A stretch of DNA of 47,693 bases from a virus (lineage: Duplodnaviria; Caudoviricetes): IMG/VR virus record IMGVR_UViG_3300013128_000003, positions 1-47,693 of that record. One strand, 5' to 3'. Under the pieces are notes generated by a model. That model did not search any database, was not told the origin of the DNA, and saw nothing but the letters and a program-made list of their open reading frames with translations. A program made the translations under genes and the position numbers. Shown here in pieces: positions 25,365-34,798 of the stretch. Position 1 is the stretch's first letter. Every line of letters begins with the position of its first letter.

Positions 25365-27257
25365 ATGCATATTTTCATTTATCCATCACAAGATACTTAT
25401 ATTAACAATTCAAAAAAATTTGAAAACAAAAATTTTGGATTGGACGAAATACTCGAAATATACGCATCTAATTCTGGCAGAACAACCGTATACGACAATC
25501 CAAATTGGCACACTCCACCTCAAAACTCTTCGTCTTATGGAAATAACGGGTGGTTAGCTTATACAACTTCTTCACTTTATATTTATTCAGGCAGTAAATG
25601 GTATGCATTTAATTTAACGTCATCTGTAATTCCTAATACTTCTTTTATAGCGAATTTTAACGGACGATTGCAAAATGTCAGAACGGGTGTTAAAAAACCA
25701 CTATATGTTAGTGGATCTGCAAATTTTGCGTCTGGTTCTTTTACGGGCAGTATAAATATAACCAGTTATTCTCAATTTACCGGTTCGTGGTCAACAGGCA
25801 GTTTTTCCGGGTCATTGTCTGTAGGATCTCAATTTACAAAATTAAAAATGGGACCAAGAAACTTTACAGTAACTCCATTAACATCGTCATTGAGTGGAAC
25901 TGGTAGTTTTAAAATATTAAAAGGTAAACTATTAGGTAAATCAAATACGGGTATACCGTGTTATCCTGGTTTTTATGAACCTGTTAAGAACTTCTTGACA
26001 GGATCGTTTACGGGATCGTTTACTGGATCTAATTTTCGAGGATACATTGAAACGCAAACATCAAGTAAGTTGTATTATACAGATGTTAAAAATTTTATAG
26101 GATATTTCAAAGGCGCTTATACTGGATCATTTACAAGACCATCTACAGCAACTTATTTAAATTATCCAGAATTTAGCAGAACTCTTATTAAATTTGAGTT
26201 GACTTCTCTCAGTCAATCCATTTCCAAAAATGAAATTAGTAGTTCAAAACTTAAATTTACATTGAATTTAAAAGCTTGTGGTTTAAGAAATCTTCCTCTA
26301 AATTACTTAGTTTATGCATATCCAATAAGTCAAAGTTGGGAAAATGGAAACGGAAGATATGCAGATGATGGTTCACAATTAGGTGCTACGTGGAATAACA
26401 GAAGCTATTCTGGAAGTAATCTGTGGTACGGCAATAAAATCACAAATAGCTATAAGCAAGTTAATTATTTATTAACTTCGTCATATTCAAGTGCGAGTTT
26501 TCAAAATGAAGGTGGTACTTGGTACTATAAAGTCCCCGCTTCTTATACAAACAAACCAAAATGGATTTGTAATTCTACATATTTTCCATCATTAGTAAAT
26601 AATAGTTTAATTTGTAGTCAATCATTCAGTTATGGACAACAGAGTGATATATCGATGGATATAACTCAAATCGTAAGGGCTTGGTTATGTGGATGTGTGC
26701 CTAATAACGGATTGATGTTATTGAGTTCTTTTGAAATAAGCACACCTCCACTTCAACAAACAAACGGATTATTACAGTTTTTTAGTAAAGACACAAACAC
26801 TATTTATAGTCCATATATAGATGTAGGATGGAATGATGTTACATTTAATACTGGTAGTTTAAAACCTGTTTCGTCATCAATACAAAATTTAATAACTCTT
26901 CAATCATTAACTAACACTTATAAAGCCGGGAGTGTTGCTAAAATATTTGTGTTTGCGAGAGATAAATATCCACTAAAAACTTTTAATAAGGCATATCAAC
27001 AACCATCGATGGTTACGCCTAAATATTTGCCAACATCATCGTATTATATGGTCAAGGATGCTGAATCCGAGGAGGTTTTGATTAACTTCGATGAATATAC
27101 CAAATTAAGTTGTGATTCTTCAAATGGCAACTATTTTAAATTAAATACAAATGGACTGCCACAAGAACGATATTTGACAGTATTTATTAAAGTAGAGTAT
27201 AAAGATGGTACAATAGACATCGTTGATACTCAAAAAATATTTAAAATAACTCGTTAG
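25365..27257 (+). CDS. virion structural protein (baseplate-associated)
   Basis: P.QDTYI...NFGLDEILE, SRTLIKF, SWENGNG, NNGLML; GSFTGS repeat insert. Confidence 0.75.
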   Translation: MHIFIYPSQDTYINNSKKFENKNFGLDEILEIYASNSGRTTVYDNPNWHTPPQNSSSYGNNGWLAYTTSSLYIYSGSKWYAFNLTSSVIPNTSFIANFNGRLQNVRTGVKKPLYVSGSANFASGSFTGSINITSYSQFTGSWSTGSFSGSLSVGSQFTKLKMGPRNFTVTPLTSSLSGTGSFKILKGKLLGKSNTGIPCYPGFYEPVKNFLTGSFTGSFTGSNFRGYIETQTSSKLYYTDVKNFIGYFKGAYTGSFTRPSTATYLNYPEFSRTLIKFELTSLSQSISKNEISSSKLKFTLNLKACGLRNLPLNYLVYAYPISQSWENGNGRYADDGSQLGATWNNRSYSGSNLWYGNKITNSYKQVNYLLTSSYSSASFQNEGGTWYYKVPASYTNKPKWICNSTYFPSLVNNSLICSQSFSYGQQSDISMDITQIVRAWLCGCVPNNGLMLLSSFEISTPPLQQTNGLLQFFSKDTNTIYSPYIDVGWNDVTFNTGSLKPVSSSIQNLITLQSLTNTYKAGSVAKIFVFARDKYPLKTFNKAYQQPSMVTPKYLPTSSYYMVKDAESEEVLINFDEYTKLSCDSSNGNYFKLNTNGLPQERYLTVFIKVEYKDGTIDIVDTQKIFKITR

Positions 27258-27258
27258 T

Positions 27259-27735
27259 ATGGCAAATATACCATTAGTATACAATGTATCTTTAAGTGAT
27301 ATACAGTCGTTTAAAAACTTTGGTACATTTCAAAACAATTTTGATGATTTTGGAAACAATCAATTGGTATATAATGTTTCTCAATCATTTGATGGAAAAT
27401 TTAATTATACAAAAATACCAATTAAAAGTTTTTTGTATAACGAAGATAAAATCATTGATACCACAAATGTAGAATTTCAAGAATTACAATCTTCTAAATT
27501 GGAAGAAAAGAGAAATTTGCAAGACGTAATAACGCAATATAATGGATTGATTGAAGAAAACAGAATATTAAATCAAACAGTTAACGAACTAATTGAAAAA
27601 TACGAAAACAACGATGACAAACAAGTCATAGCTAGTATGAAAAATGAAATTATTAACTTGAGAATAAAATTAGGACAGGGAAAAGTTGCTTCCGATTTTG
27701 ATGATGATTATCCATTTTTACCATTAAGTTCTTAA
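27259..27735 (+). CDS. hypothetical coiled-coil protein
   Basis: 158-aa ORF tightly coupled within the baseplate operon. Confidence 0.85.
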   Translation: MANIPLVYNVSLSDIQSFKNFGTFQNNFDDFGNNQLVYNVSQSFDGKFNYTKIPIKSFLYNEDKIIDTTNVEFQELQSSKLEEKRNLQDVITQYNGLIEENRILNQTVNELIEKYENNDDKQVIASMKNEIINLRIKLGQGKVASDFDDDYPFLPLSS

Positions 27736-27736
27736 T

Positions 27737-30700
27737 ATGCCGTACGAATATTTAACAATAAACGAAAATGATTTAAATAAGGGTCTTACAAGTGCTTCTT
27801 ATTTTGATACAAATTTGCAATCTTTGTATGAGCAAAAATTGGTAAATGAAGATATATTTTATGGAGAATCAAATGATGATTTGTTTGAATTAACTCTGTA
27901 TAATAACAATCAACAAGTAATAAACTTTAACAGAGTAATTCCCTCTGTCACGTATTCAATAATACAAGGAAGTTATAGGGATATAAATAATGTATTAAAA
28001 TCATATAAATTTGCGAATCCATTTACTAATGTGGTTGGTTATAACGATGGTGTTTTGTTGCATACACAGTTTGATTTGAGTTATAATGGTGTTTCACCAG
28101 GGTTATATTATCTTTTGTACAATCCTATTAGAAATATTGCTGGTAATCCAACAAACAGATTGGTTATCAAAGAAATATCTCCTAGTAGAACCGAACTTCG
28201 TTTATCTTATGCATTTGACGTAAATAAAAATGAAACATCAAGATTAGACGCTAATAAAATTACAGCATTTGCAAATAAAAAATATTTGATGTTGCGTGTT
28301 TTTCAAGATTTATCTTCTATAATAAAAAATAATCCTATAGAAGTTAATTTCTTGAAAAATGAAAATTTATATAATTTTTCAGACATATGTTTAAAGTTGG
28401 GACTTAAAAGCGAAGCTGATTTGCAAGAATTTATTTCGTCAACTTATGTTGGTTTTAACACCATAATCAAATTAAACAATGAATCAGATAACGTAATATC
28501 TCAAACATTAAAATTTTCAGGTGTACAAGAACAAATTAACAATTTCATTTATACCTACAATGACATAGAGTTTAGTAGTCAAGAAATTTTAGAGTCATTT
28601 AGAATTATAACTTTAAAAGTTTCTCAAGATAGAATATTGCAGAAAAGTTCAGTTAATGATGTTGATCTACAAAATATTTTGGGATTATTTCAACAAGTAA
28701 TTTACACAGATTGGATATTACCCAACGTTCAATCTTTATTGGACCAGTATAAAATAAAGTATTATGGTTATTATAAAAATGCACTAAACTTTGATAATGG
28801 CAATTTAATTAAAATTTTAAATCATTCAAGTTATTTAAATACATCTGATGACACTTTTAATGTGCAAGTAAAATTGGATCAACCATTACCTTTACAATAT
28901 AATGTAAAAACAACCTGTTGGATATCAAACATTTCTATAGCACCAATTTATTTTAAAGTTAATTTATTTACATCAAAAATATCAAGAAAGGTATTTTTAA
29001 ATGATATTAATTTTGATGTTCAAATGAATAATGTAAATGCTTCTACACAAAGACTTCAAGATAATGATGCATTTACACTACAACAGGCAAAAGTTTCACT
29101 AAAAGAAAAATATAATGATTTATATATCGATTATACAGATTTCAACAATTTTATAAACTATTCATCCGCAGAATTGCGTACAAAAATTGCTAAGAGCAAA
29201 ATAAAAGATTATAATAAATTAGAATCTGTAAAACAATCTACTATCACATCGTCATTAAATTCTAGCGGAGTTATATCGTCGTCATTTGGTCAATTGGTTA
29301 CTCAAAAAACAATTCAACAAATTGAGTTATTACGAACATTTGATGAATACGAATCTTATTTGTTTTTCAACTCATCTAGTATAGATAATATGATTGAGTT
29401 GGGAATTGACTATGATTCAAATAATTATAATAGTCTTGTTTATCAACTACCGTCGTATGTAAAAGAAGATGTTGACTCAGCTGATTATGTAAAATTTACA
29501 GCGATGATCGGACATTTTTTTGATAACATTTTGGTTTTTATAAAAAAGTTTCCTAAATCTTATCCCATTTCAAATGATGATTCAAATTTTTATCCAAAAA
29601 ACTATATAGATGAATTGTTAAATAGTTTCAATTGGAATATTGATATCGATAAATTTTCACAAAGCAATTTAAACCAGTTATATTTTAACAACACTGAAAT
29701 TCAAGAGAATAATTCGTCTTCATATTTTGATTATACCAAATCAATATTAAATAGATTTGCTAATAACATTTCGTCTGTATACAAATCAAAAGGTACGGCT
29801 AATTCGTTTGAAATGATAAGAACGATGTTTGGTATACCAGCCGAAATAATATCTGTTAAAGAATATGGAAGTGCTGATGCATTCTCTAACAAAGATAATT
29901 ACTTTGTTTATGATGACATCATCTATATGACTGATTTTAAGGAAAATAATTTCTTAAATTTCGAACACACAAGTAGCGATTTTGTGTATGCAACAAGTAG
30001 TTTTTATGCTTCTGGATCAGCTATAAATACATCAACGAGTAGTATAGAATACACATCTAAATTTAATGGTATATCAACGATAGAATTTTCATTCAGATTC
30101 AAATCAACGAATTACAATTTTGGTGATAAAATTCAGCTTTTTTCTAAAGATCGAAATAATAAATCCGACTGGAAGATATTTGTTAAAAAATCAAAACAAA
30201 GTGAATCTGGTCAATTAATATTCGAAATGCATCCATTTGAACTTGGAAACACTACATCCAGTTTGACATTGAATGAATTGCCTTTATTAAATGGTCAAAT
30301 TTTCACCACGATGTTGAAACGTGAACCTGTGCCAGGAAGTTTTGATAAATTAAATGTAAGTTCTAGCAAAGTAATAAATTCAATTACACCATTTATAATT
30401 GAAGATGATGCGGATTTTGTAATAGAAGACGATAATGATTTTGTTACATTAGCTTCTCAAAAAACATCAATAACATCATCTTACTACGTAAATTCATCGA
30501 AAGAATATATACCGTATATATACACTTTGTCTACAAATCAGTACGACGGAAGTTATAAAAATTTTTCATCGTCTAAACGAAAAATTATAAACAGTAATAT
30601 TAATAAAAATTTCTCATCTGGAAGTTATTATGTTGGTAATTACTCATCATCGGTAGCATTTATAGGAAATTTAGACAAAATAAAAGTTTTAAAAGAACCA

Positions 30701-32248
30701 TTATCAAATGATTATTTTGATGAACATTCTTATAATTTAGACTCAATTTCTACACCAAATAAAAACGAAGTTTATTACAATCTATTTTATTTATGGAGCT
30801 TTGATACACCTGTTAATCTTCATTCCGCAAATTCAATTGTAACATCGGTAGATAATCAAAACGTTTATTATCAAACACAATTTTACGCGTATAATTTCGG
30901 TCCAAAAGAAAAATATTTTTCATATCCAACTTGTTCAAACGTATATGTAGATGAATTTCCCTATCAATTTGATAAAATTAATATAAAACAATCTATCAAT
31001 ACAAATAACTTTGGCCCAAACTTTAAAATAAACAGTAAAATAAATAAAATCTCTGAACAAGTTCGGTCTAATTTGACTCCATATGATTATTCTACAAAAA
31101 TTCAAGATAATTTAGGAGATGATTCAATTATCTCAGGCTTTTATATAAGCCCATATAATTATTTAAATTCAAAAATTGAAAATTTCTTGGGATTAGACGG
31201 AATTGCGGACATAATAGGGGAACCAGCAAATCTCAATAAACAAAATTATGACGGGTTGAGTTTATTACAAAGACAATTTGGAGAAATAAATGAAAAATAC
31301 ATATATCCACAAGAATTCTATAGTACTTATAAATTCTATATTGATTTTTCTGTATTTGATATTGTTAAAAATTTAAAACCTGCAAGATCTAATTTATTAA
31401 CAGGTCTTTTATTAGAACCAAGTTTATTGGAACGTAAGAAATTTAATTACAAAGATGTCTCATTCAAAACAAACAGTCAATTTGATATCTCTTTTGATAA
31501 CAGAGCAACATTTACATCTTCGATTATAAGTACAAGATTTTCTTCTAGTTTCGCAATCGTCACCAGTTCAAAAGAAAATGATATTACGTCCGACAGAAAT
31601 ACATACAATTATTCTAGATTTGAAATTAAGGATGTAATTGACGACAGAGATTTTATTTATTCCAAATACGGTAAATACGTGAACGTCAATTCTAACGGAT
31701 ATAATGTACGAGATATAGTTAAGGTTGGTAAAAAAGATTATTATCAGGTTTTAAATAACAACGGGGAATTAGTAACATTCACATCATCTTACAATCAAAT
31801 TCAAACCATAGGTTCAGGGTCTGTAACAGGTAGTTCTTATTTGAAAAATTACTACCGTGGTGAACTTAACAGTGGATACTCAAATAGACATTTAAGTAAG
31901 TTTTCTTTTGTAGGCAGCAGAGTTAAATACCAAGCTGTAAGTAGTTCTAAAACCGAACTAATTAATGGTTTAAAGCTAACCACAGATGGACTAGTTACTT
32001 ATTATACATACATTAAAGGTAGAAATGATAAAAATACAACTGTAAATAGAGAAGGTATAACAAATAATAGTGATCCTGTAATTACCATTCCTGGCTTTTT
32101 AAGTTTGAATATATTAACCAACAATTCTCCGGCATATGGAGACACAACTGGTTCTATCGGTAATCCAGATTCATTGTTTGTACAACTTCCATTAACTGCA
32201 TCTCTACAGACAAGTGCAAGTTTGGAGAGATACATAATGAATTTATAA
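27737..32248 (+). CDS. large baseplate wedge protein (gp7-like) with LamG-like region
   Basis: 1503 aa; YKSKGTANSFEMIRTMFG resembles the gp7/P2 gpI KGT motif; TIEFSFRF...FIGNLDKIKV LamG-like; LKPARS. Confidence 0.65.
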   Translation: MPYEYLTINENDLNKGLTSASYFDTNLQSLYEQKLVNEDIFYGESNDDLFELTLYNNNQQVINFNRVIPSVTYSIIQGSYRDINNVLKSYKFANPFTNVVGYNDGVLLHTQFDLSYNGVSPGLYYLLYNPIRNIAGNPTNRLVIKEISPSRTELRLSYAFDVNKNETSRLDANKITAFANKKYLMLRVFQDLSSIIKNNPIEVNFLKNENLYNFSDICLKLGLKSEADLQEFISSTYVGFNTIIKLNNESDNVISQTLKFSGVQEQINNFIYTYNDIEFSSQEILESFRIITLKVSQDRILQKSSVNDVDLQNILGLFQQVIYTDWILPNVQSLLDQYKIKYYGYYKNALNFDNGNLIKILNHSSYLNTSDDTFNVQVKLDQPLPLQYNVKTTCWISNISIAPIYFKVNLFTSKISRKVFLNDINFDVQMNNVNASTQRLQDNDAFTLQQAKVSLKEKYNDLYIDYTDFNNFINYSSAELRTKIAKSKIKDYNKLESVKQSTITSSLNSSGVISSSFGQLVTQKTIQQIELLRTFDEYESYLFFNSSSIDNMIELGIDYDSNNYNSLVYQLPSYVKEDVDSADYVKFTAMIGHFFDNILVFIKKFPKSYPISNDDSNFYPKNYIDELLNSFNWNIDIDKFSQSNLNQLYFNNTEIQENNSSSYFDYTKSILNRFANNISSVYKSKGTANSFEMIRTMFGIPAEIISVKEYGSADAFSNKDNYFVYDDIIYMTDFKENNFLNFEHTSSDFVYATSSFYASGSAINTSTSSIEYTSKFNGISTIEFSFRFKSTNYNFGDKIQLFSKDRNNKSDWKIFVKKSKQSESGQLIFEMHPFELGNTTSSLTLNELPLLNGQIFTTMLKREPVPGSFDKLNVSSSKVINSITPFIIEDDADFVIEDDNDFVTLASQKTSITSSYYVNSSKEYIPYIYTLSTNQYDGSYKNFSSSKRKIINSNINKNFSSGSYYVGNYSSSVAFIGNLDKIKVLKEPLSNDYFDEHSYNLDSISTPNKNEVYYNLFYLWSFDTPVNLHSANSIVTSVDNQNVYYQTQFYAYNFGPKEKYFSYPTCSNVYVDEFPYQFDKINIKQSINTNNFGPNFKINSKINKISEQVRSNLTPYDYSTKIQDNLGDDSIISGFYISPYNYLNSKIENFLGLDGIADIIGEPANLNKQNYDGLSLLQRQFGEINEKYIYPQEFYSTYKFYIDFSVFDIVKNLKPARSNLLTGLLLEPSLLERKKFNYKDVSFKTNSQFDISFDNRATFTSSIISTRFSSSFAIVTSSKENDITSDRNTYNYSRFEIKDVIDDRDFIYSKYGKYVNVNSNGYNVRDIVKVGKKDYYQVLNNNGELVTFTSSYNQIQTIGSGSVTGSSYLKNYYRGELNSGYSNRHLSKFSFVGSRVKYQAVSSSKTELINGLKLTTDGLVTYYTYIKGRNDKNTTVNREGITNNSDPVITIPGFLSLNILTNNSPAYGDTTGSIGNPDSLFVQLPLTASLQTSASLERYIMNL

Positions 32249-32295
32249 TTTATATTTTTGATGAAAAATAAAACTATTAGATAATTATTATATAT

Positions 32296-32937
32296 ATGGC
32301 GTATCTTAATAACAACATTCTTACAGTGAATGCTGTATTGACTAAAAAGGGAAGAGAAATTCTCGCAAAAACCGGGGGTTTAAATATTACAGCATTTGCA
32401 TTAGCCGATGATGAAATTGACTACACTCAATTTAATCCAAATCATCCACTAGGTAGTGCATACTATGACATAGCAATTCGTAATACTCCTATAATGGAAC
32501 CTATTACAGATGAGTCACAACTAATGAAGTATAAATTGGTAACATTAAATGATGGAGTAACATCTGTACCAACTATTAGTGTTGCACAAACAGTAATTAC
32601 TGTTGATAGAGATTATACTGGCGAAATACTAATTAGTCCGAGTACAAATCCTACATACAACGTAACACTTGGATATACAGCTATATTGGCTAATAAGAAC
32701 GTTGGCACTTTAGTTGTAACAGAAACCAATAGTATAAATTCAACTACCGCAACTATACCTACATTCTCTGGTGATTTAACATCTCAAACCTCACAAGTGG
32801 CTGTAGGAAATAAATTTAGATTCGTGCCAAACGCTGGATTATCAAAAACAACAACCACTAATATTACCATTATAGGCAACGAAAGTGGTGGAAACACATC
32901 TATTACTGTAACTGTTAAAGTTCCAACCACAACATAA
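32296..32937 (+). CDS. baseplate protein (gp8-like / fibre attachment)
   Basis: LTKKGREILAK...ITAFALADDEIDY; TAATTATT upstream. Confidence 0.65.
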   Translation: MAYLNNNILTVNAVLTKKGREILAKTGGLNITAFALADDEIDYTQFNPNHPLGSAYYDIAIRNTPIMEPITDESQLMKYKLVTLNDGVTSVPTISVAQTVITVDRDYTGEILISPSTNPTYNVTLGYTAILANKNVGTLVVTETNSINSTTATIPTFSGDLTSQTSQVAVGNKFRFVPNAGLSKTTTTNITIIGNESGGNTSITVTVKVPTTT

Positions 32938-32943
32938 TAATTT

Positions 32944-34062
32944 ATGATATTTAGTAAATTTAACAATGATGACATCGTAGTTGGCAGAATAAATCAAGTA
33001 TCTTCTGGTTTATTTGGAACAGGAAGTTTATTTGTAAGTCAATCGTCCTTTATAACACAATCGGGTGTTACTGGTCAAGCCAATCAACTTACTGGATCTA
33101 GTCCATATGATGTAAGAAATGGACAGTATTATTTAGATATTTATTCAGGAGGAGATATTTATTTTGATGTTGCATACGGAGATTACGCAAATAGTGGTAG
33201 CTCAAGATTTGATGTAAGTACATATAGCACTCCTGTTTTAACAAATGAAACAAAAGTCGTTTATTCACAATACAAAAATACGTTATTGCAACCAGGTGAC
33301 ACTTTATTTAGTTTTGCATCTGGTAGTGTCGATAATCCAATTGATAGTGAAGCTATTTATATAATAAATTATTCAGCCGATAAATTTAAGGATCAGATTG
33401 ACCCAGGTCAAATACAAATTTGTTTTAGTGGATCAGTTGCGCCAAAGAAGTTTTCATTTATTGATGATTCTCAAATCGTAAATAAACAACAAAACTATTA
33501 TAATTTGATATCTGGATCTATAATTAACGGTATAGCTACTCCATATTTAAAGAGTGGATCTCCTATATATGCTGGAATTGGACTGGTCTATCCATCCAAT
33601 GGTGTAATTGTATTGAATGCTATTCAATTGGATAAAGTAGTAGGTATTACATCGGGTCAACAAATACTTAACAGAAAAAATTACTCAAACAGCGTTACTT
33701 CTACGAATAGAAGCGGTTTTTGGAAAGTTTGGACTAGAGATTTCTTTAATTCTCTAAAGAGATCAGAATCTACGATGGGAATTAGAAAATCTGAATTTGT
33801 ACCCTCTACAAATTATTTCGTTAGAGTAAAAAACAAAGAATTTAACTATAGTAACAATCCAACATTTGTATCCGATGGAACAGAGGGTCTTACTAAAGGA
33901 ACGATTATTTATCAAAATCTAATCAATAATCCCAGAACATATATTACTTCAGTTGGTTTGTACAATGATAACAATGAATTGTTAGCAATAGGAAAAATTA
34001 GCCAACCAACGATGAAATCTTTTGATAACGAATTATTGATTAAAGTTAGAATTGATTTCTAA
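32944..34062 (+). CDS. baseplate-associated structural protein
   Basis: EFNYSNNPTF...YITSVGLYNDNNELLAIGKISQP C-terminal module. Confidence 0.75.
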   Translation: MIFSKFNNDDIVVGRINQVSSGLFGTGSLFVSQSSFITQSGVTGQANQLTGSSPYDVRNGQYYLDIYSGGDIYFDVAYGDYANSGSSRFDVSTYSTPVLTNETKVVYSQYKNTLLQPGDTLFSFASGSVDNPIDSEAIYIINYSADKFKDQIDPGQIQICFSGSVAPKKFSFIDDSQIVNKQQNYYNLISGSIINGIATPYLKSGSPIYAGIGLVYPSNGVIVLNAIQLDKVVGITSGQQILNRKNYSNSVTSTNRSGFWKVWTRDFFNSLKRSESTMGIRKSEFVPSTNYFVRVKNKEFNYSNNPTFVSDGTEGLTKGTIIYQNLINNPRTYITSVGLYNDNNELLAIGKISQPTMKSFDNELLIKVRIDF

Positions 34063-34085
34063 TATACAATAGTTTGTTTTTATTC

Positions 34086-34093
34086 TATTTATA
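34086..34093 (+). promoter_or_regulatory. putative late promoter TATTTATA
   Basis: 5 nt before ATG 34099. Confidence 0.6.
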
Positions 34094-34098
34094 ATAGA

Positions 34099-34797
34099 AT
34101 GATCAAATTTTTCAAAACGCAAGATGTAATCGTAACCAGATTTAATCTTACTAAACAAAAGACATTTAATAACGTATTAAATAATCTTTTGTTAGGTACA
34201 GACGGTGCGGATGATACTATATTTCCAATACAATTGTCTTATATCGCATGCGATAACAATAAATCAGGTAGTTGTGAGGGAATTGTTTATGAGGATATAT
34301 ACTTAGCTATAACTCAATTTGAACAAATATCACAGATTGACTTTTCAGCGGGCAAATATATCAATTCAAGTTCTATTTTCTATCCATCTTCTAGTGCAAA
34401 ATGGAATGAAAATTCAAATCCGATAAATACAAATGGTACATACAAAGGACAAGTTTATAACACTGTCAACAAAATGTATTATAATAATTATAACAACAGT
34501 TATAACATATTTGGATTCGACGATTATGATCGTACAACCACTAAATTAAATTTAGCTAATGACTTTTCTTTTTATACACTCAGTGTTTCTCAAACAGGAG
34601 ACGGAATTAAAAGAAATTCTGTTGTAATATATAATCAATCAGGTGACATAGTATCAAATATCACCGATGACGGAAATCATAATTTGATTTTAAATGGAAC
34701 TTATTTTATAAACGCATTTGAATTTAGCACAGGAAGTAAAGATACTGTACAAAACAGAGGTACTTATGGTTTGGGTCATTATTTATTGAATACATAG
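34099..34797 (+). CDS. structural protein, hypothetical
   Basis: 232-aa ORF; GDGIKRNS...ITDDGNHNL resembles the DQIDPG...IDDS segment of 32944..34062. Confidence 0.75.
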   Translation: MIKFFKTQDVIVTRFNLTKQKTFNNVLNNLLLGTDGADDTIFPIQLSYIACDNNKSGSCEGIVYEDIYLAITQFEQISQIDFSAGKYINSSSIFYPSSSAKWNENSNPINTNGTYKGQVYNTVNKMYYNNYNNSYNIFGFDDYDRTTTKLNLANDFSFYTLSVSQTGDGIKRNSVVIYNQSGDIVSNITDDGNHNLILNGTYFINAFEFSTGSKDTVQNRGTYGLGHYLLNT

Positions 34798-34798
34798 T

